DNA from: Blastocladiella emersonii ATCC 22665
Taxonomy: Eukaryota; Fungi; Blastocladiomycota
Reading direction: 5' to 3'
Assembly (NCBI GenBank): GCA_025594325.1
Contig: JANHCV010000002.1
Location: 1,612,001 to 1,676,000, forward strand
DNA: 64,000 nucleotides
Position numbers and translations under genes: made by a program. Shown piece after piece: positions 48,533 through 59,104 of the stretch. Numbering within the stretch: position 1 is the first letter of the stretch; each line of letters begins with the position of its first letter. Under the pieces are notes generated by a model. It had not been told where the DNA came from. It worked only from the letters and a program-made list of their open reading frames with translations, and ran no database searches.

Positions 48533-49719
48533 TCACAGCCCGCGCATCTCCTCAACCAACCGGTCCACATCCGCGCCCGTCGCCGCGCGCACCAGCGCCG
48601 CGTCCACGTCGATCCGATCTTTCGGGTACACCCCCACGACCGCGTCCCACGCACGCTGCCACGTTCCCTGGATCTTGTCCCGCATCTCCGCCGCATCGCG
48701 CGCCGTGATCAGCGCCGCGAGAAGCCGCGGGAGCTGCGCGCGTACGCGTGGGGCAATGCCGATGGGCGGGCACAGGTAAACGTCGACGAGCGCGGTCAGG
48801 GCGACGTCGACTAGATCCAGCAGCACCCCGCCGCGCGCGCCCGTCACGACCGCCCGCGTGCTGCACCACTGCAGCGGCAGGCACAGCTGCGTCACGGCGC
48901 GCCGCGTCCACTGCTGCGCGAGCGCCGGGCCGGAGAGGGAGAGGTAGGTGGCGAGGCCGCGGGTCCATGCCTACACAGCGGGTCAAGTTAGGTTTGGCGA
49001 CGCGAGGAGGGGGGTTGTGAGGCGTACGAGGCGAAGCGGTACGTCGGCCTGCGGCTTGAGCTCCATGACCTTGAGCACGCGCTCGACGACGTCGCCGATG
49101 TCCGTGAACCAGCCCGCCGACGCCTCGGTCTTGGCATTCCGCAGCGCCGCGAGGTCCTTGAGCGCCGCAAACGCGCCAGCGAGCAGCTCCGCGTCCTCGA
49201 ACGCCGCGACGCGGCCTAGGAGCGTCGTCCACAGCACGCCGGTCCAGTTTGCGCGGCGGAGCACGGACGCGGCGCTCGGCGCCGCCGCGCACACGGACAG
49301 GACGTGTCGCGTGACGTCGAGCCCGAGGTACGCGCCGCGCGGGTCCTCGAGGAGCACGAGGGTCGCGGGCATCACGGACGACAGGATGCGGGAGAGGTCG
49401 TCGGGATCGCTTCGTGGTCGGGTCAGTCTGCCTGTTCGCCTCACGGAGCGTGCTCGCAGTACCTGATGAGCGCGACCTCGCTCGCAAACTGCGCCGCGCG
49501 GTCCCTCCGTTCGGCCTCCTGCTCCTTGGACATGCCCGCGAGGTCCTCGGCCGAGACCGTGAGCTGCCTTGCGAGGTCGGCGACGCGCTCGAGCTCGGCG
49601 GACCGCGCGACGTACGCGGGCGTGCGCTGCGGGAGGGGCTCGTCGAGGAGATGGTGGCGGCCGGAGGAGCCGATGCGAACCTCGACGGGCGCGGGCGGGA
49701 TCAGGGTGATGTGTTGCAT
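48533..49719 (-). CDS. TTI2: TTI2-like HEAT-repeat protein (TTT complex), multi-exon
   Basis: VMPATLVLLED..YLGLDVTRHVL and VERVLKVMEL resemble the Tti2 core as recalled. Weak by-eye match. Confidence 0.45.
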
Positions 49720-49774
49720 GGAGTCAATCGAGTTCAAGGTTACATGAGAGTATATGATAGAGGGACAAGGTTCG

Positions 49775-51952
49775 TCAGGTCAGCAGCTGCTGCTTGGAGA
49801 TCTCGTAGATGATGCGGGTGCGCCAGCGCTGCATGTGCGACTGGTCGAAGGTGAGCGGCACGGCGCGCGTGATGTGCTCCATGAAGGCGATAGTGAAGAC
49901 GCCGCAGTCGTAGTGGTTGAGCTGCCGCGGGATCGCGTCCTACACCGCATCACGCGGGAGTCAGTCGTGGAACGAGCACCGCCGTGAGCGAGAACGTGCG
50001 TACCGTCGGGTAGTAGTCGACCCATCCGTCAAAGTCGAACGGCTGGCCGGCGCGCTTGTCCTTGGACTCCTCGTCGAGGTACTCGCGGACGACGGTAAAG
50101 TACGGGTGGGCGGGCCCGTGCAGGCTGTCGTAGTACTCGATGCGCTTCTTGGCAAAGTTGATGACGCCGAGGCACCAGTGCGCGCCGAGGTGGACGGGGA
50201 AGATGGCGAGGTCGAGCTCGAACAGCTTGACGCGGCGGGTCCAGGTGCGCACCGACTTGTGTCCCTGGTCGCGCACGCGCGAGTAGAAGAAGGTGTTGAA
50301 GATGTGCACCTTGGGCACGCCGTGACCCGCCGCAACGCCCGCCTTGGACCGCGCCTGCAGCATCTGGACGTAGATGTTGATGATCTCGTCGTTGAGCCAC
50401 TCGCGCGGCGCCAGCGTCGCGATGTCGCTGTTGGTGATGTTGAAGTTGTCGTTGCTGACCACGGTCCCGCGGATCGCCTTGACGGCGCGCACGTGCGCGT
50501 CGTGCGCGTCCGTCCACTCCCACACCGTCACCTTGGGCGCCAACGCCGCGCGCTGCTTGGCCAGCAGCTGCTCAATCTTCTTGTTGAGCTCGTCCTCCTT
50601 CTTGAGCAGCCGCTCGACCAGCGCCGCGTCCGACAGCGGCGCTACGACCGTCGGCCGGTCGAGGATGCTCGTGACGCGGTTGCGCAGCGCGTACAGCGCG
50701 TCGATCTCGCCCGCGTTCGGGAGCTCGAAGCCGAACGAGGATGGTGGGGCGAGGACGAACGGGCTCGGCGAGAGGGCGGGGGTGGCCCATGGAGACCGTT
50801 TCGCGGAAGTGGTCGACGAGGCGCGCGAGCCGGGGAGCGGCGGGGTGTCGGCGGTCAGGTCGACGACCGAGTGCGCCGACTGCGACGAGTCGACGAGGTT
50901 GACGACCTCGGATGCGGCGGCCGACTGCGACGCCCGCGCGAGCGGCGATAGGATGCGACGCGTGGTCTCGACGGCGGCCTTGATGTCGACGGCTACACGG
51001 TCATGCAACGTGAGTACGCGCATCGGGAGATGTAGGATCCGATCATGAGGCACGTACGCGACTTGTTGTACTTGGGCTGGCGCAGCCCCCAGTACTGCTT
51101 CGAGAGGGCGGGGTCGACCTGGTTGAGCGGCATGCGGCCGGGCGTCGAGCGACCCGAGCTGGCGGCAGATCCGGGCAGTGATCCATGCACAGACTGCGAA
51201 GGCGTGCCGGGAACGGCGAACGGGTTCCCGTTGCGTGTTGGCGTCGGGTCGCGGTCCGACTCGGACTCGAACCCAGGCGTGGTGCGCGCGCGCTTGCTCG
51301 TCGACGACGCCGACCCCGACCCCGACCCCAAACTGCGCATCGCCGCATACCGCGCATCATCGAGCGGGCTCGGCTGCGACGAGGGCGTGGCGAGGATCTC
51401 GTCGGCGATCGACAGGCGCGAGCGGCGGCGCGGCGCCGGCGCCCCCGAGTACACGGGCGGGGTCAGGTTCGGGTCGGGCCGGCGCGCGCGGTGCGACAGG
51501 TGCTTGCGGTGCGACAGGCCGCCGGGCGAGAAGGGTGTCCGGTTGGCGGCGGTCTCGTCGTCGTCCGAGTCGAGGCGCGTGGTCCCGCCCGTGCGCGGCG
51601 GGCTCTCGCCCACGGTCAGGATGCGGCGCGGGCTCGGTGTCCGGTCGACGAGCATCGTGTCCTCGAGGTCTGCGACGGGCTGCTGCGGCAGGCTGCCCAG
51701 CAGGCCGCCGAACGAGAAGGTGCGGGCGACGCCGGTGGCGATCGAGACGGCGGCGGTCTTGATTGACTGGACCGAGCTCGTAACGTGCTCCAGGCCAGCA
51801 TTATAGAGCTCGACGAAGGGCGCGATCAAGGAGTAGCCGCCGCCGCCGCCACCGCCCCTCCGCCGCGGGGTGAAGGCGTAGCCGCCGGCGGCAGGATCGT
51901 CGGCAGGCTCGCCCGCGAACGCGTCGGCGTGCGTGCGCTTGATGGCGGGCAT
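49775..51952 (-). CDS. ULP1: Ulp1/SENP SUMO protease (peptidase C48), two introns
   Basis: WLNDEIIN, HIFNTFFY, catalytic H (AHW), D (YYDS), Q and C (PRQLNHYDCG). Disordered N-terminus. Confidence 0.92.
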
Positions 51953-52460
51953 TGCAGATAGTTTGCGGGTGCTCGATCAGCGTGCGGGATGTTCCATGGG
52001 GCGCGGGCGCCGGTGGGGGAGAGCGGGTGCGCTGCGCGGTCGCGCCGGCCGATGAATGCGAAGTATCACCGTCACGTGCCCCCGCGCGACACATTTTTTC
52101 TCTCGCCCCTCGCGTCGCTCATCTGCTGCTCGAGGGCGCGCGAGGTCGGGTTACCGCACACACCCGCACCATGAAGCGAATTTCAGTCCGTGCAACGGTT
52201 CCAGCACTCGCCGCGGCGCCTTCTCTCGCGCTCGAGTCGCTCGACAACCTGCTCGCCGGCCTCCCACGCGTTGTTGTCCGCGACGGTCGCGCGCGAGGAC
52301 CTTCTTCTCTTCTCATCGGCTGATGCGTGCGGAGTCGTGCGCCCGCCGGCGGAATGAGCTCCGCGGCCCGCGTGGGCATCGATTGCCGTCTCCGCCGCGG
52401 CGGCGGTTCATGTGCGCTATGCGAGCTTGTCGCTCTCGCGCGCGTGAGGAGTTCCTCGGC

Positions 52461-52468
52461 CTATAAAG
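52461..52468 (+). promoter_or_regulatory. Candidate TATA box
   Basis: TATAAA about 60 nt upstream of the ATG at 52521, in otherwise GC-rich DNA. Confidence 0.4.
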
Positions 52469-52520
52469 CTCCCACGCGCCCCCTCCGCCCTCGCGCGCCT
52501 TGCTGATCCAGTCATTTGCC

Positions 52521-53824
52521 ATGAAGTACTCGTCCTTGCCCGTTGCCCTCGTTCTTGCCCTGCTCCTCGTCTGCGTACTCGCGGCACACGGCTCGCCGCT
52601 TCCCAAGGGTGGTGGCGGGAGCGGCGGCAGCAGCGGCAGTGGTGGCAGCAGCAGCGATTCATCGGGATCCGGCTCGTCGACCTTGAGCACCCGCGACTAC
52701 GCGTGTACGAGCAAGCTCGTGTTGCTGCCGTACCGCACAATGCGCTGACCCTCCATCTTTCGAATTTAGCAAAGTACCCGTACGTCGTGCGCGGCCCGCG
52801 CGGCTACCCGGGATACTGGGTCCCGGCGAACCTCTACTACCAGGACTCGCGCCGCGGCTGCGTCTTCGTCTACGAGAACGGCTCCGTCGACGAACGGTCG
52901 TACCAGGCGACGTGTCCCGAGAACAACGACACGCTAATCCTCGCCGCCATGATCGGCGCCGGCCTCGCCCTCTTCGCGTGCGGCTCCTGCTGCATCTGCT
53001 TCCTGCGCCGCAAGTCGCGCCAGCAGGCCGCCGAGCGCGCCAAGGCCGAGAAACCGACCAGCGTCACCGTCGACGGCTCGCTCGCTGCGCCCGTGCACAA
53101 TGCCTCGGGCGACGCGGCCGCGGGCGCGCTCGAGTTCATCCGCGCCAACCCCGCGCGCCAGCTTGTTCTCGATGCGGCTCTACTCGAGCGCATGGCGTCG
53201 CCTGCGAGCTGGGCGTTCGAGGTCCCGCCCAAGCACGAGCCGTTTGTTGAGCTCGAGAACGGCGGCACCTGCGTCACGTTGTTCGGCCAGCCCATTGAGC
53301 GCACTGGCCTCGACACGGACCTCGCCATCACCTCAAACCTGTCGCTGCCGTTCGTCCCGCCGCCCTCGCGCAACACCCGCCCGACGCTCTACTTTGAGGT
53401 CACGATCGCCGCCATGGACCCGCAGACAACGGTTGCTGTCGGCCTGACCACCGTCCCGTGGCCGACGTTCCGCTTGCCCGGCTGGAACGAGTGGTCGGTC
53501 GGCTATCATAGCGACGACGGCCGCGTGTTCGTCTCGGACGACGGCAACGGCACCAACTACGGCAAGCCGTACCGCCTCGACGACGTGGTGGGCGTTGGCG
53601 TCAACACGGCCGATTGCACCGTGTTCTTCACTCGTAACGGCGTCAAGCTCGCGACTGTACCCGGCGCTCGCGTGCCCGCACCTCGCCTCGCCGTGCACCC
53701 TGCGATCGGCGCGGACGGCAAGTGCACGCTCGACGTCAACTTTGGCATGCGGCCGTTCAAGTGGGAGCCCGCGAACGAGGGCAGCTTTGGGCTCGCGCTT
53801 GATGTCCTGCCGCGGTACTCTTGA
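52521..53824 (+). CDS. Type I membrane protein with SPRY/B30.2 domain (Ssh4-like) and C-terminal LPxY, one intron
   Basis: Signal peptide, 2-Cys ectodomain, TM followed by a Cys cluster. SPRY motifs LYFEV, LPGW..SVGYHSDDG, DDVVGVG, VFFTRNG, VNFG..PF. Ends LPRYS. Confidence 0.85.
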
Positions 53825-53987
53825 GCAAGCGGTGTCGACCAGTGTTGTGCCTCCAATTCAACTTCTGTCGGCGAAAGGTGACGGGATCAGGGGAACTGGC
53901 GAGCAGGGGTTGCTGGCGAGCAACGCGGTGATCAACGAGCCGTCCCTGCTTTAATCTCTCCCTCGTACCTGAAAGCAAACCACGAAT

Positions 53988-55218
53988 ATGAAGCTAATGG
54001 AGGAACGACTACATGCAACGCGACTGCCAGACATGGTCATTGACCAAATTCTATGCTACGCCGTGCGGGCGACTGATCCCGACGACGTCAACCAGCTGCT
54101 TCAATACGGCCGCGTCCTGCTTCGCGAAGGAGCCCCTCGCGTCCACCGAGCGATCCAGAACCACATGATCTCAATCTCCATGGACGATGCCAGCGCGACG
54201 GAACGCTTGAACGTGCTTGACGCTTGGCGCCGGTCTGGGAAGCCCCTCGACTACTCTGCGCGCGCCATCACCGATGCGGCCCCGTCGTACAAGACGCTCG
54301 ACTGGTGGCGCCGCTCCGGTCTTCCGCTTCCCGATTGCATGGTCGGGCCGATGGTCAAGGTTCACTTCAACGGAATTTGCCAAATGTCCGAGGATGACGA
54401 TCATGTTGTACGTTGCATTTTTTGCTCAAAAAATTCGGGCCCTCTCGACTAACGCGATCATATCAGCAACTCGTGCGCCGTGACGATCCGCCAGGCGACA
54501 AGTATATCACGTCGAACTTCATCCCCAACGGGCTCGACGGTAAGCATTACCAGACCATGGTGTGGTGCAGTGGGATGCGCGTCACAAAGACTGGAGCGTC
54601 CGCCCTCGCCAAGGCTATGAACAAACCGATGATGAATGTTCAGGACGTCGAACTCAATTATTGTGACTTAACGTTCCCGGTTATCTGCGCGTTACAGCTA
54701 CCCGAATTGGTCTTGGAGCTTGAGCTCGGTTTCAACTGGGCAAGCGAAGGCGCTGCGGACTATGCTGCCAAGGAGGGCAACGTCTCGCCTTTTCCCCGCA
54801 CCTCCGCCGCCTTTCACTTCGCAGTAACATCCTTGGAAGCCCAAACGATGTCGACGCTCTCTTTCGTTCGTTGCCCTCATCGCTCACAGAACTCAACCTC
54901 TTGGGCACTTTTCTTGGCGCTGAAAACGCGGGCGTTCTCGCCGACTATCTCCCGCAAAGTCTCAAAACTCTGAACTTGTCTGAATGTCATCTCGACTCCC
55001 AGTGCGTGGAAGTACTTGCGCCGTGCCTCCCAAAGACTTTGTACAAGCTGTACTTGAACTCCAACAACATCACCGCAGTCGGCGCAGCCGACCTCGCGCA
55101 CCACTTCCCGCCACAGCTCTCCCTGCTTGATCTAAGCAACAACCCGCTTGGCGACAAGGGACTAGCTGCACTCTCCGCTGGACTCGGCGCGAGCCTGCAA
55201 CTGCTGTTGTTGTATTCC
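53988..55218 (+). pseudogene. LRR-family gene with a 1-nt frameshift (near 54801), truncated by the element insertion
   Basis: Family N-terminus (VIDQILCYAVRATDPDDV), intron 54408-54466, FPRT/LRRLSLRSN frame switch. LRRs run to GASLQLLLLYS and homology then stops at a palindrome. Confidence 0.8.
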
Positions 55219-55233
55219 TTAAGGGATACGACA
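55208..55233. repeat. Imperfect 12-bp inverted repeat at the junction (TGTTGTATTCCT-TA-AGGGATACGACA)
   Basis: 10 of 12 positions complementary; both mismatches are transitions. Confidence 0.8.
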
Positions 55234-55359
55234 TGGGCTGACCCACTGCCACTCGGGCTGACCAATTGCTTACCCCGAGCAGTTGGCGGCAGTCACTTGG
55301 GGTAACCACGTGAGACCCAGTTGCTTACCCCAGGTGGTTAATAATATGTTGGATTCTAA

Positions 55360-55386
55360 TGTCGTGTTCCCTTAGGGAACACGACA
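55360..55386. repeat. Perfect 12-bp inverted repeat (TGTCGTGTTCCC-TTA-GGGAACACGACA)
   Basis: Read directly. Each arm matches the junction palindrome arm at 9 of 12 positions. Confidence 0.9.
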
Positions 55387-55686
55387 CGCGGACGGAGGCT
55401 GAAGGCCAAAGCAGGTGGGCGGGAGGGTGGGTGGAAGGGAGGGGGCAAGTGGTCAAGGAGTGAGTCCTTGACCTGACCCCCAAGCCAGTCCCTGACCAAC
55501 CCCTTGGGCTGACCATTGCTTACCCCGAGCGGTCGGCGGCGGCCAGCGAGCGCAGCGAGACGAAGAGCAGCGCAGCTGCAGCTACCCACTGACAGAGTTC
55601 CCTGGTCTGGTCCCTGACCTGACCCCCAAGCCCGTCCCCAACCACCTGCCGCAAGCGGCTGCTATGAAGCCACTCACCGCGCCAAC

Positions 55687-55754
55687 CTCCACTTTCATGG
55701 CATATTGCGACAGAGTATATATATACACTACCCTTTTTTGCCATGAAAGTGGAG
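55687..55754. other. Concentric dyad: perfect 16-bp inverted repeat around a 12-bp AT palindrome (origin-like)
   Basis: CTCCACTTTCATGGCA (55687-55702) and TGCCATGAAAGTGGAG (55739-55754). GTATATATATAC (55715-55726) has the same centre, 55720/55721. Confidence 0.8.
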
Positions 55755-55925
55755 ATTGTCAGAGACAGAGGTCAGGGTACGGGGGGGAGGTCAAGGACAG
55801 GGGAGTGTCCTTAGCAGCATCAATGTATTGGGCAGGACAGGGTCAGGGGTACAAGGTCAAGGCAGAGGAGCGTCTTAGCAGACAGCGTCTTAGCAGGAAG
55901 GCAGCGTGGCAGGTCATGGAGGGTC

Positions 55926-58900
55926 TTAGAGCTCGTTGTTGTCCTCGTTGTCGTCCTCGTCCTTGTCCATCTCCAGGACAAACGGCGCCGAATTGGCCGG
56001 GGGTCGGTTCCAGGTCTTGTACATGACAAAGTACAGAATGTCGTCTGTCCACTTCAGGTTACTGTACTTCTTGCCGCGTACTGAGACCCGGGGTTCGTCC
56101 TTGTCTGGCACAGCAAGGCACTTGTTAAAGTAGGTGCCAAGAAGCCTGTTTAGGACTGTTGCTGTGTCACACTTGTAATACCCAAGCTTCTTGAAGTACT
56201 TGTGGATGTCTGCTTCAAACTTGGCGGGGATGGTGGCCTGGATGTTGAACTCCTTGGACGTGCGGAGGTCCATGTCGTTGTGTTCCAGGAGCTTGTGCAG
56301 GACGTGGCCCTTGTCCTTGGTGTAAAAGTGCTGGATACGCTCCATGAAGCTCTCCGCGTTGTCGTCCCAGATGATCTTCATGTTGTCCATGCTCAGACCA
56401 TTGAACTTGTGGATGAAGAAGGCCTTGCGGATGGAGAGGGAGATGATCCAGTCCGGGTCCTTGATGGTACCTTTGCAGTAGGCACGCATGAGCTCCTTGG
56501 ATGGTGGCTGGACGTTTGCCCATTCGAAAGACCAGCCCGACGTCATGATATCCTTAATCTCAGGGTGCGCCTTGTAGTAGTACTCGGGGGAGTCGTCCAT
56601 GACAACGTTGGCGACCTTGCGGAAGGCGTCAAAGACCTTGAGGCAGAAGGTCACAGCGGCCATCTCGTTCTCAAGATCCGTGTTCTTGACAATAGCCCGG
56701 TGAGGTTTGCCGACCGAGTCCGAGTCAATGACCTGTAACTTGTTCATGTACGCGCCGTGGCAACCATTGCTGATCATAAACACGATCTTGTTGTCAATGG
56801 GGTAGCGCACGCGGTAGATTGCCTGGAAGAAGTTGCGGGCAGGGACCCAGGACTTGTAGCGCGCGTACACCTTGTGGAAGACGTCTGGCTTTGAAAAGTT
56901 GACCCCCACAGTGATCTTGAGGTTGGCAATGACTATACGGACCGTATCATTGCCCCACACAGAGTCAGGGTCAATGAGTTCCTTGTCCTCGTGGTTGGGG
57001 CGGTCGCCGTGGTAGAGCTTGATCTGCTTGCCAATCTTCCACGTCTCCTCGGCAAAGACCCGCTCGAGGTACTTGCCAAAGGTCTGCACCGACCACTTGG
57101 TTGACTTCTTGCATGGTCGTGGGAGGAAGAGGTAGAGCTTCTTGTTGGCCTTGAGGTCGGCAATGATGTTGCTCTCCATGATGTCTTCGGCGGACTTCTT
57201 GTTGTCCTTGTCGTCAGTGATGAGGCTCATCTTGCGCGGCTCAAAATTCTTGCCGAGCGTGTTCGTGATCACCTTGATCTTACCATGGAGTATGGTCTTG
57301 ATGTTGTGCTCGACAGTAAAGGAGCGGAGGACATCCATGGTCAGGTTTGTGACAAACGCGTCCATGAAGATACCCTTGCTGCCCTTGTGCTCGCACAGCG
57401 TCTTGAAGGCCTTGAGGTTGGCCTTGAGGTTGTTGCAAATGGTGGTTGTGTGCAACTTGGCGTCCTGGAACATCTTGAGGACCGTCTCGGACTCATCCAC
57501 CACAACAATGTTGTAGGGCTCGGTCAAGTAGTGCAGCAAGCACGGCGAGACAATGAGTTGCTTGTGATCCCCCAGTGTCTTCTTGTCCTTGATGCTGCGG
57601 TAGTTGACAAAGCCAAGCTTCTGTTCGCGGGCTCGACCCTCGGTGTTGTGGGCCAGGGTGATGCGAGGTGTGATCCAGACCACTCGCGCGTCTGGGTACT
57701 TGGCAATGTAGTCGCAAACAGCGCCTGTCTTGTTGGAGCCCATGCCCGTGGCCAGCACGTTGAACTTGGCCTCGGTAATGTCGTTGCAGCTCAGGAACTG
57801 GTTGGGGCTGGTGACGTCCACCGGTACCTCAAGCGACTGCTCAAACTTGGCCATGGCCTTGGACTTGAACGCGTCTGGGAACCGCTTGTAGAAGATGGCC
57901 TTGACGAACGTGTCCAGCACCTGGTAGTTGTCGTTGCTGGCAATCTCGTTCCATCGGTCCCAGTACTTTTGCATGCGCTGAGCCGAGTTGTCCTGCTGCG
58001 ACGTCCACGCCCAGAACTGGTCAAATGTGACCCCTTTGCGCATGGCCCATGTCATGATCCGCCAGGTCACGTTGTTGTGGAACGCGTTCTTGGGGCTGAT
58101 GGGGATGTTGTGGAGGATCTTGAGGGGCGTGGCGTCGTAGTAGAAGAAGTCAGGGTTGATCTGCACGTCCTTGAACTTGGGGATGTCAAGGTTGTAGTTG
58201 AGGCGACCCGCGTGGCGCTTGGTCCGCGCTTCCTTGGCCTTGGCAGTCACAAACTCTTCAAAGGACAGGTCCGAGACCGACGCGCAGTTGGGGTCAAAGT
58301 CGCACTGGATCAAGTGCTTGGACAGGCGGTCCTTGTTACCCGAGATCCACACGCCAGGTGTCTTCTTGGGCTTGGACTGGTTGATGCACTTCATGAAGCG
58401 GTGCTTGCTGTACACGCTGGAGTCAAAGCCAAGCTTGACGTGGTCGGGGTGGCTGCAGAACAGCTTCAGGAACGGCATGTCCTTGAGCGTGACTGTGTAG
58501 TTGCTGAGGACAATGTGCCATGACTTTTTGAGGTCTGTCTCATAGCCGCAGACCTGGAGGTTGGCGCCGGGGAACTGGGCCAGGATGACCTTCTTGATGA
58601 CGTCCAGGGTCACGTCCTTGCAGTTGCCTGGGCAGTCAATGTCAAAGTAGACCTTGGACAGGCGCTCAGGGTGGACCATCTCCTGGATGCAGCGGTTCTT
58701 GTTGAGGAGCCTGGCCAGGTCAGCTGTCTTGACCTTGGCAAAGTAGTGCGCCGCCTTGGGTTGGCTGTGGTTGTCGACGCCCTTGTTGATGAGGCGCTTG
58801 ATGACCGTCTTGTCGTCTTGCAGCTCGGACAAGAGCTTGCACTGAGGGCCCATTTCATCACCACCTTCATCCTTGCCATGGTACCACTGGAGACCAAAGG

Positions 58901-58940
58901 ATTTGCCACCTGCATTTTTGGGGACCGTCTTGCAGACCAT
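55926..58940 (-). CDS. AEP (PrimPol-like) primase + PriCT-like + herpes UL9-like SF2 helicase fusion (about 1004 aa)
   Basis: ATG at 58940 (MVCKT). AEP motifs YFDID, KSWHIV, FDSSVYSKHRFMK. Helicase motifs TGMGSNKT, VVWITPR, VVVDESE, MDAF, ITVGVNF, FQAIYRVR. Confidence 0.85.
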   Translation of the reverse strand: MVCKTVPKNAGGKSFGLQWYHGKDEGGDEMGPQCKLLSELQDDKTVIKRLINKGVDNHSQPKAAHYFAKVKTADLARLLNKNRCIQEMVHPERLSKVYFDIDCPGNCKDVTLDVIKKVILAQFPGANLQVCGYETDLKKSWHIVLSNYTVTLKDMPFLKLFCSHPDHVKLGFDSSVYSKHRFMKCINQSKPKKTPGVWISGNKDRLSKHLIQCDFDPNCASVSDLSFEEFVTAKAKEARTKRHAGRLNYNLDIPKFKDVQINPDFFYYDATPLKILHNIPISPKNAFHNNVTWRIMTWAMRKGVTFDQFWAWTSQQDNSAQRMQKYWDRWNEIASNDNYQVLDTFVKAIFYKRFPDAFKSKAMAKFEQSLEVPVDVTSPNQFLSCNDITEAKFNVLATGMGSNKTGAVCDYIAKYPDARVVWITPRITLAHNTEGRAREQKLGFVNYRSIKDKKTLGDHKQLIVSPCLLHYLTEPYNIVVVDESETVLKMFQDAKLHTTTICNNLKANLKAFKTLCEHKGSKGIFMDAFVTNLTMDVLRSFTVEHNIKTILHGKIKVITNTLGKNFEPRKMSLITDDKDNKKSAEDIMESNIIADLKANKKLYLFLPRPCKKSTKWSVQTFGKYLERVFAEETWKIGKQIKLYHGDRPNHEDKELIDPDSVWGNDTVRIVIANLKITVGVNFSKPDVFHKVYARYKSWVPARNFFQAIYRVRYPIDNKIVFMISNGCHGAYMNKLQVIDSDSVGKPHRAIVKNTDLENEMAAVTFCLKVFDAFRKVANVVMDDSPEYYYKAHPEIKDIMTSGWSFEWANVQPPSKELMRAYCKGTIKDPDWIISLSIRKAFFIHKFNGLSMDNMKIIWDDNAESFMERIQHFYTKDKGHVLHKLLEHNDMDLRTSKEFNIQATIPAKFEADIHKYFKKLGYYKCDTATVLNRLLGTYFNKCLAVPDKDEPRVSVRGKKYSNLKWTDDILYFVMYKTWNRPPANSAPFVLEMDKDEDDNEDNNEL

Positions 58941-58978
58941 GTTGTTATGATGAGGTAACAGAAAAGGTGACAGGACAG

Positions 58979-58992
58979 GTGCGTTTAAACGC
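58979..58992 (-). promoter_or_regulatory. Element promoter motif GCGTTTAAACGCAC upstream of the primase-helicase
   Basis: Ends 38 nt before ATG 58940; a near-identical motif precedes the recombinase gene. Confidence 0.55.
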
Positions 58993-59104
58993 GCAGGATT
59001 TAGCGTTAATGACTGGGCCCGGGAGCCCTTGCTGGCATGACCCATGACTTGCCACTGTCCAGGCCCATCTAACCTTGCATGACCTGACCCTGACCCAGAC
59101 ACGA

